Shown in pieces: positions 1-9,254 of a stretch of DNA of 9,254 bases. How positions within the stretch are numbered: the first letter of the stretch is position 1; every line of letters starts with the position of its first letter. A program made the position numbers and the translations under genes. The DNA is from a virus. Taxonomy: Duplodnaviria > Heunggongvirae > Uroviricota > Caudoviricetes. Below the pieces are notes generated by a model. It was not told the origin of the DNA. It was given only the letters and a program-made list of their open reading frames with translations, and searched no databases. The stretch is from the IMG/VR virus record IMGVR_UViG_2778261163_000005, one strand, 5' to 3'.

Positions 1-608
1 CGGGCATGGCGCGCATCTGCCTTTACGGGGATTTACAACGATTTGGTCGCCGCATCGACCTTCGTGTGAAAACGGGGGCTGAAGCCATCCGGGCACTGGC
101 CACACAGCTCCCGGCGTTTCGTCAGAAGCTGAGCGACGGCTGGTATCAGGTACGCATTGCCGGGCGTGATACAGGTGAAACGGAATTATCAGCCCGTCTT
201 AATGAACCGCTGGCAAATGGTGCTGTGATCCATATCGTGCCGCGTCTGGCAGGAGCCAAAAGTGGCGGTGTGTTTCAGGCTGTGCTGGGGGCGGCTGTTA
301 TGGCGGTTGCTATATGGATGCCGGGGGTAGGAATTATGGCGAGTAATCTGCTGTTTTCTCTCGGTGCCAGTATGACGCTTGGCGGTGTTGCACAGATGCT
401 GGCACCGAAAGCCAGAACTCCCCGTACACAGACAACGGATAACGGTAAGCAGAACACCTATTTCTCCTCACTGGATAACATGGTTGCCCAGGGCAATGTT
501 CTGCCTGTTCTGTACGGGGAAATGCGCGTGGGGTCACGCGTGGTTTCTCAGGAGATCAGCACGGCAGACGAAGGGGACGGTGGTCAGGTTGTGGTGATTG
601 GTCGCTGA
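1..608 (+). CDS. I: Tail tip assembly protein I (gpI), 5'-partial; reading frame enters the window at nt 3, stop TGA at 606-608
   Basis: The translation (MARICLYGDLQRFGRRIDLRVKTGAEAIRALATQLPAFRQ ... VVSQEISTADEGDGGQVVVIGR) matches lambda gpI as I recall it, starting about 13 residues into the protein, so the true start is upstream of the window. The frame is open to the left edge and the gene sits immediately upstream of J, as in lambda. Confidence 0.9.
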   Translation, partial: GMARICLYGDLQRFGRRIDLRVKTGAEAIRALATQLPAFRQKLSDGWYQVRIAGRDTGETELSARLNEPLANGAVIHIVPRLAGAKSGGVFQAVLGAAVMAVAIWMPGVGIMASNLLFSLGASMTLGGVAQMLAPKARTPRTQTTDNGKQNTYFSSLDNMVAQGNVLPVLYGEMRVGSRVVSQEISTADEGDGGQVVVIGR

Positions 609-626
609 TGCAAAATGTTTTATGTG

Positions 627-654
627 AAACCGCCTGCGGGCGGTTTTGTCGTTT
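627..654 (+). other. GC-rich stem-loop in the I-J intergenic spacer (aaaccgcc-tgcg-ggcggttt followed by a T-rich run tgtcgttt)
   Basis: An 8-bp perfect inverted repeat with a 4-nt loop is visible directly in the sequence, with a broken T run after it. It is terminator-like, but it lies inside the late operon, so any function is unproven. Confidence 0.3.
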
Positions 655-665
655 CTGGAGCGTGA

Positions 666-4067
<3,402 letters not shown>

Positions 4068-4085
4068 ATTTTATAACCCAGAACG

Positions 4086-4109
4086 GGCGTCAGAAATGAC
4101 GCCTTTTTT
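4086..4109 (+). terminator. Intrinsic terminator-like hairpin downstream of J (ggcgtca-gaaa-tgacgcc followed by TTTTTT)
   Basis: A 7-bp perfect stem with a GAAA tetraloop is followed by six T residues on the + strand. There is no T tract on the opposite strand, so it is unidirectional. Confidence 0.65.
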
Positions 4110-4133
4110 ATTGCAGAAAAGCGAGAGGTAATT

Positions 4134-4733
4134 ATGCGTAAACTTTATGCCGCCATTTTGTCCGCAGCCATTTGTCTGGCCGTATCCGGTGCGCCTGCAT
4201 GGGCGTCTGAACATCAGTCCACGCTGAGCGCGGGGTATCTTCATGCCCGGACGAACGTTCCCGGCAGTGATGATCTGAACGGGATTAACGTGAAATACCG
4301 TTATGAGTTTACGGACACACTGGGGATGGTGACGTCGTTCAGCTATGCAGGAGACAAGAATCGCCAGATTACCCGTTACAGCGATACCCGCTGGCATGAA
4401 GATTCCGTTCGTAACCGCTGGTTCAGCGTAATGGCGGGGCCGTCTGTGCGCGTGAATGAATGGTTCAGCGCGTATGCGATGGCGGGTGTGGCTTACAGCC
4501 GTGTGTCGACTTTCTCCGGGGATTATCTCCGCGTAACTGACAACAAGGGGAAAACGCACGACGTGCTGACCGGAAGTGATGACGGTCGCCACAGCAACAC
4601 GTCTCTGGCGTGGGGAGCTGGCGTGCAGTTTAACCCGACCGAATCCGTGGCCATTGATATTGCTTATGAAGGCTCCGGCAGTGGCGACTGGCGCACTGAC
4701 GGTTTCATCGTGGGTGTCGGTTATAAGTTCTGA
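4134..4733 (+). CDS. lom: Outer-membrane protein Lom (Ail/Lom/PagC/Rck family 8-stranded beta-barrel), 199 aa
   Basis: The sequence matches my recollection of lambda Lom ([41 protein letters not shown] ...). It has an N-terminal signal peptide with an AWA-SE cleavage motif, alternating aromatic/hydrophobic beta-strand patterns, and a C-terminal ...GVGYKF ending in Phe, typical of outer-membrane beta-barrels. The ribosome-binding site GAGAGG at 4123-4128 lies 5 nt before the ATG. Confidence 0.92.
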   Translation: MRKLYAAILSAAICLAVSGAPAWASEHQSTLSAGYLHARTNVPGSDDLNGINVKYRYEFTDTLGMVTSFSYAGDKNRQITRYSDTRWHEDSVRNRWFSVMAGPSVRVNEWFSAYAMAGVAYSRVSTFSGDYLRVTDNKGKTHDVLTGSDDGRHSNTSLAWGAGVQFNPTESVAIDIAYEGSGSGDWRTDGFIVGVGYKF

Positions 4734-4760
4734 TTAGCCAGGTAACACAGTGTTATGACA

Positions 4761-4786
4761 GCCCGCCGGTTCAGGCGGGCTTTTTT
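4761..4786 (+). terminator. Rho-independent terminator downstream of lom (gcccgcc-ggttcag-ggcgggc followed by TTTTTT)
   Basis: A 7-bp perfect G+C-rich stem with a 6-nt loop is followed immediately by six T residues, 27 nt after the lom stop. There is no U tract on the other strand. Confidence 0.8.
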
Positions 4787-4797
4787 GTGGGGTGAAT

Positions 4798-7700
4798 ATG
4801 GCAGTAAAGATTTCAGGTGTACTGAAAGACGGCACAGGAAAACCGGTACAGAACTGCACAATCCAGCTGAAAGCAAAACGTAACAGCACCACGGTGGTGG
4901 TGAACACGGTGGCCTCAGAAAATCCGGATGAAGCCGGGCGTTACAGCATGGACGTTGAGTACGGTCAGTACAGCGTTATTCTGTTGGTGGAAGGCTTCCC
5001 GCCATCGCATGCCGGGACCATCACCGTGTATGAAGACTCACAACCGGGTACGCTGAATGATTTTCTTGGTGCCATGACGGAGGATGATGCCCGTCCGGAG
5101 GCACTGCGCCGTTTTGAGCTGATGGTGGAAGAGGTGGCGCGTAACGCGTCCGTGGTGGCACAGAACACGGCAGCCGCGAAGAAGTCAGCCAGTGATGCCA
5201 GCACATCAGCCCGTGAGGCGGCAACCCATGCGACTGATGCTGCAGGCTCAGCACGCGCAGCCAGCACGTCAGCCGGACAGGCCGCGTCGTCGGCTCAGTC
5301 AGCGACTTCCAGCGCAGGAACGGCATCAACAAAGGCCACTGAAGCATCAAAAAGTGCTGCCGCTGCAGAGTCCTCAAAAAGCGCGGCAGCTACCAGTGCC
5401 AGTGCCGCGAAAACGTCAGAAACGAATGCTGCAGCGTCACAACAATCAGCAGCCACTTCTGCATCCACCGCGACTACGAAAGCGTCAGAAGCTGCCACCT
5501 CAGCCCGGGATGCGGCGGCTTCAAAAGAGGCGGCAAAATCATCAGAAACGAACGCATCCTCGAGCGCCAGTAGCGCAGCTTCCTCGGCAACGGCGGCAGG
5601 CAATTCCGCGAAGGCGGCAAAGACGTCTGAGACAAACGCCAGGTCTTCTGAAACGGCAGCGGGACAGAGCGCCTCGGCTGCGGCAGGCTCAAAAACAGCG
5701 GCTGCGTCGTCTGCCAGTGCCGCGTCAACAAGTGCCGGGCAGGCCTCAGCCAGTGCCACCGCCGCCGGAAAATCGGCAGAAAGCGCCGCATCGTCTGCTT
5801 CAACAGCCACAACGAAGGCTGGCGAAGCCACTGAACAGGCCAGCGCAGCAGCGAGGTCTGCTTCCGCAGCGAAGACATCCGAAACGAACGCGAAAGCGTC
5901 GGAAACCAGCGCAGAATCCTCAAAAACGGCTGCCGCATCGTCAGCCAGTTCGGCGTCGTCATCGGCATCATCTGCGTCTGCTTCAAAAGATGAGGCGACC
6001 AGACAGGCGTCAGCAGCGAAGGGTAGCGCCACGACGGCATCCACGAAGGCGACAGAGGCAGCTGGCAGTGCGACGGCAGCAGCTCAGAGCAAAAGTACGG
6101 CGGAATCTGCAGCAACGCGCGCTGAGACAGCGGCAAAACGGGCAGAGGATATTGCATCCGCCGTGGCGCTTGAGGATGCGAGCACGACGAAAAAGGGGAT
6201 AGTACAGCTCAGCAGTGCGACCAACAGCACTTCCGAGTCACTGGCGGCAACGCCAAAAGCCGTTAAGGCCGCGTATGACCTGGCTAACGGGAAATACACC
6301 GCACAGGATGCAACGACAGCACAGAAAGGGATAATCCAGCTAAGCAGCGCGACCAACAGCACGTCTGAAACGCTGGCGGCAACGCCAAAGGCAGTAAAAG
6401 CAGCCAATGACAATGCTGAGAAACGTCTGCAGAAAGATCAGAACGGTGCGGATATCCCTGGCAAAGACACCTTTACGAAAAATATTGGTGCCTGCCGTGC
6501 CTTCGGTGGGTCAGTAAGCACAACAACAGGAAACTGGACGACTGCACAGTTTATCGAGTGGCTGGATTCTCAGGGAGCATTTAACCATCCATACTGGATG
6601 TGCAAGGGTTCCTGGTCTTATGGCAATAATAAAATCATTACTGATACTGGCTGCGGTAATATTCATCTCGCCGGAGCTGTCATTGAAGTAATGGGGATAA
6701 AGTCAGCGATGACGATCCGCATTACCACACCGACCACCTCCACTGGTGGTGGAACAACTAACGCCCAGTTTACCTATATTAATCACGGAACAGATTATTC
6801 ACCTGGCTGGCGAAGGGACTATAACTCCAGAAATAAGCCAACGGCATCAGAGATCGGGGCGTTACCGTCAGGTGGAACAGCAGTATCATCAGTTAATCTG
6901 TCTTCAAAAGGTCGGGTAACCGCGCTGACAGACAATACGCAGGGGGCAACAGGTCTTGAGTTATACGAGGTGTATAACAACGGATATCCAACAGCGTATG
7001 GAAATATCATTCACCTGAAAGGGATGACAGCCGTTGGCGAAGGTGAGTTACTCATCGGCTGGAGTGGTACAAGCGGTGCTCATGCTCCGGCATTTATTCG
7101 TTCACGACGGGATACGACCGACGCAAACTGGTCGCCGTGGGCGCAGCTTTACACCTCGGCTCATCCTCCTGCAGAGTTTTATCCAGTCGGTGCACCAATC
7201 CCGTGGCCATCAGATACCGTTCCGTCTGGTTATGCCCTGATGCAGGGGCAGACTTTTGACAAATCTGCTTACCCGAAACTTGCAGCCGCTTATCCGTCAG
7301 GCGTGATCCCTGATATGCGTGGCTGGACGATTAAGGGCAAGCCCGCCAGTGATCGAGCCGTATTGTCTCAGGAACAGGACGGCATTAAATCACACACCCA
7401 CAGCGCCAGCGTATCCAGTACGGATTTGGGGACGAAAACCACATCGTCGTTTGATTACGGCACTAAATCCACGAATAACACTGGTGCGCATACCCATAGT
7501 GTTAGCGGTACGGCTGCTTCAGCCGGTGCACATACCCATTCGATGACATTTGTTTCAGGTGGTTCCAGTGGTGCTCCGGGAAGTGGATCACCTGATTATT
7601 CTAAATACAGTGTTAACACTTCTTCTGCAGGCGCTCATACGCACTCTGTATCGGGTACTGCTGCAAGCGCAGGTGCACACGCACATACTGTCGGTATTGG

Positions 7701-7821
7701 TGCTCATACGCACTCCGTTGCGATTGGTTCACATGGACATACCATCACCGTTAACGCTGCTGGTAACGCGGAAAACACCGTCAAAAACATCGCATTTAAC
7801 TATATTGTGAGGCTTGCATAA
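4798..7821 (+). CDS. stf: Side tail fibre protein Stf, intact and enlarged (about 1007 aa from the ATG at 4798; the ORF track begins two codons earlier at GTG 4792)
   Basis: The N-terminus ([26 protein letters not shown] ... [13 protein letters not shown]) matches what I recall of lambda Stf (orf-401). The C-terminus (...[31 protein letters not shown]) matches what I recall of the lambda orf-314 end. The stop overlaps the tfa start. GTGGGG at 4787-4792 is a plausible ribosome-binding site for the ATG at 4798. Confidence 0.88.
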   Translation: MAVKISGVLKDGTGKPVQNCTIQLKAKRNSTTVVVNTVASENPDEAGRYSMDVEYGQYSVILLVEGFPPSHAGTITVYEDSQPGTLNDFLGAMTEDDARPEALRRFELMVEEVARNASVVAQNTAAAKKSASDASTSAREAATHATDAAGSARAASTSAGQAASSAQSATSSAGTASTKATEASKSAAAAESSKSAAATSASAAKTSETNAAASQQSAATSASTATTKASEAATSARDAAASKEAAKSSETNASSSASSAASSATAAGNSAKAAKTSETNARSSETAAGQSASAAAGSKTAAASSASAASTSAGQASASATAAGKSAESAASSASTATTKAGEATEQASAAARSASAAKTSETNAKASETSAESSKTAAASSASSASSSASSASASKDEATRQASAAKGSATTASTKATEAAGSATAAAQSKSTAESAATRAETAAKRAEDIASAVALEDASTTKKGIVQLSSATNSTSESLAATPKAVKAAYDLANGKYTAQDATTAQKGIIQLSSATNSTSETLAATPKAVKAANDNAEKRLQKDQNGADIPGKDTFTKNIGACRAFGGSVSTTTGNWTTAQFIEWLDSQGAFNHPYWMCKGSWSYGNNKIITDTGCGNIHLAGAVIEVMGIKSAMTIRITTPTTSTGGGTTNAQFTYINHGTDYSPGWRRDYNSRNKPTASEIGALPSGGTAVSSVNLSSKGRVTALTDNTQGATGLELYEVYNNGYPTAYGNIIHLKGMTAVGEGELLIGWSGTSGAHAPAFIRSRRDTTDANWSPWAQLYTSAHPPAEFYPVGAPIPWPSDTVPSGYALMQGQTFDKSAYPKLAAAYPSGVIPDMRGWTIKGKPASDRAVLSQEQDGIKSHTHSASVSSTDLGTKTTSSFDYGTKSTNNTGAHTHSVSGTAASAGAHTHSMTFVSGGSSGAPGSGSPDYSKYSVNTSSAGAHTHSVSGTAASAGAHAHTVGIGAHTHSVAIGSHGHTITVNAAGNAENTVKNIAFNYIVRLA
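5150..6170 (+). repeat. Ala/Ser/Thr-rich low-complexity shaft region of Stf with degenerate tandem motifs (recurrent A-K-[TS]-SETNA..., [16 protein letters not shown])
   Basis: About 340 codons are dominated by GCN, TCN and ACN codons, and short peptide motifs recur many times. Long open frames appear on both strands in the other registers, which is characteristic of such repeats. Confidence 0.75.
6193..6405 (+). repeat. Two direct copies (about 6193-6273 and 6325-6405) of a roughly 27-aa tail-fibre repeat (KGI[VI][11 protein letters not shown][ST][11 protein letters not shown])
   Basis: The two copies are near-identical at the peptide level and clearly similar at the DNA level, about 130 nt apart. 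The motif resembles the phage tail fibre repeat found in lambda Stf and relatives. Confidence 0.8.
7484..7689 (+). repeat. Direct repeat pair encoding [17 protein letters not shown][TA]H (7484-7543 and 7630-7689) within a His-x-His-rich fibre tip
   Basis: Two 60-nt segments encode almost the same 20 residues. Further HxH motifs surround them (SHTHS, GAHTHS, GAHAHT, GAHTHS, GSHGHT). Confidence 0.75.
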
Positions 7822-8405
7822 TGGCATTCAGAATGAGTGAACAACCACGGACCATAAAAATTTATAATCTGCTGGCCGGAACTAATGAATTTATTGGTGA
7901 AGGTGACGCATATATTCCGCCTCATACAGGTCTGCCAGCAAACAGTACCGATATTGCACCGCCAGATATTCCGGCAGGCTTCGTGGCTGTTTTCAACAGT
8001 GATGAGGCATCGTGGCATCTCGTTGAAGATCATCGGGGTAAAACGGTTTATGACGTGGCTTCCGGCGACGCGTTATTTATTTCTGAACTCGGTCCGTTAC
8101 CGGAAAATGTTACCTGGTTATCGCCGGGAGGGGAATATCAGAAGTGGAACGGCACAGCCTGGGTGAAGGATACGGAAGCAGAAAAACTGTTCCGGATCCG
8201 GGAGGCGGAAGAAACAAAAAACAGCCTGATGCAGGTAGCCAGTGAGCATATTGCGCCACTTCAGGATGCTGTAGATCTGGAAATCGCAACGGAGGAAGAA
8301 ACCTCATTGCTGGAAGCCTGGAAAAAGTATCGGGTGTTGCTGAACCGTGTTGATACATCAACTGCACCTGATATTGAGTGGCCTACGAACCCTGTCAGGG
8401 AGTAA
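7821..8405 (+). CDS. tfa: Tail fibre assembly protein Tfa (chaperone for the Stf C-terminal domain), 194 aa
   Basis: The sequence ([54 protein letters not shown] ...) matches my recollection of lambda Tfa, which is also 194 aa. The start ATG overlaps the stf stop (TAATG). GTGAGG at 7807-7812 is a plausible ribosome-binding site. Confidence 0.92.
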   Translation: MAFRMSEQPRTIKIYNLLAGTNEFIGEGDAYIPPHTGLPANSTDIAPPDIPAGFVAVFNSDEASWHLVEDHRGKTVYDVASGDALFISELGPLPENVTWLSPGGEYQKWNGTAWVKDTEAEKLFRIREAEETKNSLMQVASEHIAPLQDAVDLEIATEEETSLLEAWKKYRVLLNRVDTSTAPDIEWPTNPVRE

Positions 8406-8419
8406 TCATTGGGATTATG

Positions 8420-8453
8420 CCGCAGAAACGTTGTATGCAATAACGTTCTGCGG
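8420..8453. other. Imperfect hairpin in the convergent tfa / permease spacer (ccgcagaaacgtt - gtatgcaat - aacgttctgcgg); a second 7-bp hairpin lies at 8462-8481 (atgcact-ttcgag-agtgcat)
   Basis: Both inverted repeats are visible in the sequence. Neither is followed by a clear U tract on either strand, so a terminator role is only a possibility. Confidence 0.3.
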
Positions 8454-8617
8454 TTGGCTGATGCACTTTCGAGAGTGCATGTATTGAATTATTTCCAGCT
8501 ATTATCGATTTTACGTATTTTTTGCATGAGAGAATTTGTACCTCCTCCCAACAACGACCTTCCATGACTTTCCGGACTTCTGTGGGCCAGCGGACGATGC
8601 TGTCCTCGGATGTTGTG

Positions 8618-9254
8618 CTAATTGGGTGATGACAAATCCTGTGTATGGGTGTTTCCCTTTGTGCGTGCGTTGATGCTGGTAACGGTGAACGTCATGATGA
8701 ACACAACCGCGAATAAGACGACAATCGTCGGAGCTGGTGCACTGTCGATAAAAAAGGACAACCAGACACCAGTCATTGACACTATTACCGATATGCCAAT
8801 CGCCAGTAGGAGCGCAATATGAAAGCGTTGTGTCAGGAGTACCGCAATGGCGCCAGGCGCAATGAGCAGAGAAATGGAGAGAATGATACCTACCGCTTTC
8901 AGCGTCGCCACAATGGTCAGAGAGACCATGCACAGCAGCCCATAATGCAGACATCTCGTATGCAAACCGCTTACCTGCGCCTGTTGATAATCAAAGCTGA
9001 ACAGCAAAAAATCCCGCCATTTTACGCTAATAACAAGTGTAACCAGCCCGGCAATAATCACCGTCTGGATTATATCGCCGATGGTTACCCCGAGCATGTC
9101 GCCGAAAAGAATATGGTCAAGATGTACGTCTGGTTTGACTGCAATATACAAGATCAGACCTGCGGCAAACATGCCAGAAAAAACAATCCCCATCACTGTA
9201 TCTTGCTTGATTCGGCTGTTGTCTTTCAGGTATCCCGTCGCCACCGCGCAGAAT
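8618..9254 (-). CDS. sitD: ABC-3 family divalent-metal (Mn2+/Fe2+-type) transporter permease, SitD/MntB-like, 5'-partial (frame open to the window edge; stop TAG at 8618-8620)
   Basis: The protein is strongly hydrophobic with multiple predicted membrane helices. It carries family motifs (D-x-x-LFGD near the start of the visible part, and LKAVGIILSISLLIAPGAIA) similar to ZnuB/MntB/SitD permeases. The gene symbol is an inference from the family and from the known association of sitABCD with lambdoid prophage tail regions in E. coli and Shigella; it could instead be another ABC-3 permease. Confidence 0.6.
   Translation of the reverse strand, partial: FCAVATGYLKDNSRIKQDTVMGIVFSGMFAAGLILYIAVKPDVHLDHILFGDMLGVTIGDIIQTVIIAGLVTLVISVKWRDFLLFSFDYQQAQVSGLHTRCLHYGLLCMVSLTIVATLKAVGIILSISLLIAPGAIAVLLTQRFHIALLLAIGISVIVSMTGVWLSFFIDSAPAPTIVVLFAVVFIMTFTVTSINARTKGNTHTQDLSSPN

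Noticed and set aside
4072-4077. TATAAC hexamer after the J stop as a possible -10 element for lom
   Set aside because: There is no convincing -35 at the right spacing, and the hexamer lies upstream of the terminator hairpin, so a transcript from it would run straight into a terminator.
4071-4592. 173-aa minus-strand ORF antisense to lom
   Set aside because: It overlaps the confidently identified lom gene and runs across the J-lom terminator hairpin. No supporting signals.
4792-4797. GTG at 4792 as the stf start (as in the ORF track)
   Set aside because: The ATG two codons downstream at 4798 matches the recalled lambda Stf N-terminus (MAVKISG...) and has better spacing to the GTGGGG ribosome-binding site. 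The GTG start is not excluded.
5192-6202. 336-aa Arg/Pro/Gln-rich + strand ORF, and the 249-aa and 227-aa minus-strand ORFs (5295-6044, 5474-6157), all inside the stf repeat region
   Set aside because: These are alternative-frame artefacts of the Ala/Ser/Thr codon repeats (GCN, TCN, ACN). Their compositions (polyR/P/Q or polyA/D) are what frame-shifting or reverse-complementing such codons produces.
7034-7810. Small + strand ORFs in alternative frames within distal stf (7034-7240, 7319-7546, 7550-7810)
   Set aside because: They are embedded in the stf reading frame and are shorter than 90 aa with no recognisable features.
7885-8367. ORFs overlapping tfa (7885-8166 on +, 8110-8367 on -), and the minus-strand 77-aa ORF at 7800-8033
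   Set aside because: They overlap the confidently identified tfa gene in other frames. No support.
6190-8410. Possible invertible tail-fibre segment (Gin/Pin/Min-type shufflon) or diversity-generating retroelement acting on the fibre tip
   Set aside because: There is no invertase or reverse-transcriptase gene. I found no inverted crossover repeats flanking the stf 3' end and tfa, and no template-repeat copy of the tip region. The only repeats are direct and in-frame.
8511-8954. 147-aa minus-strand ORF and 66-aa + strand ORF (8622-8822) overlapping the permease gene
   Set aside because: The 8618-9254 frame carries the transporter-family motifs and a membrane-helix pattern; these overlapping frames do not.

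Overview
This window is the distal tail (tip and side-fibre) module of a lambda-like siphovirus, most likely a prophage in an enterobacterial genome. On the + strand the gene order is I (5'-partial at the window edge), J (central tail fibre / host-specificity protein, 1132 aa), lom (Ail/Lom-family outer-membrane beta-barrel moron, bracketed by two intrinsic terminators), stf (an intact, enlarged side tail fibre of about 1007 aa) and tfa (tail fibre assembly chaperone). After a 212-bp AT-rich spacer, a convergent minus-strand gene for an ABC-3 family Mn/Fe-type transporter permease (SitD/MntB-like, 5'-partial) runs off the right edge, in the position of lambda's b-region cargo. I do not see a novel defence or other undescribed system here. 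What deserves a second look is the mosaicism of the two receptor-recognition proteins, the repeat architecture of Stf, the terminator-insulated lom moron, and the metal-uptake cargo gene abutting the tail genes. Protein identities come from my recollection of lambda proteins and family motifs, and composition statements are by-eye counts on a few 60-nt lines; no database search was run.
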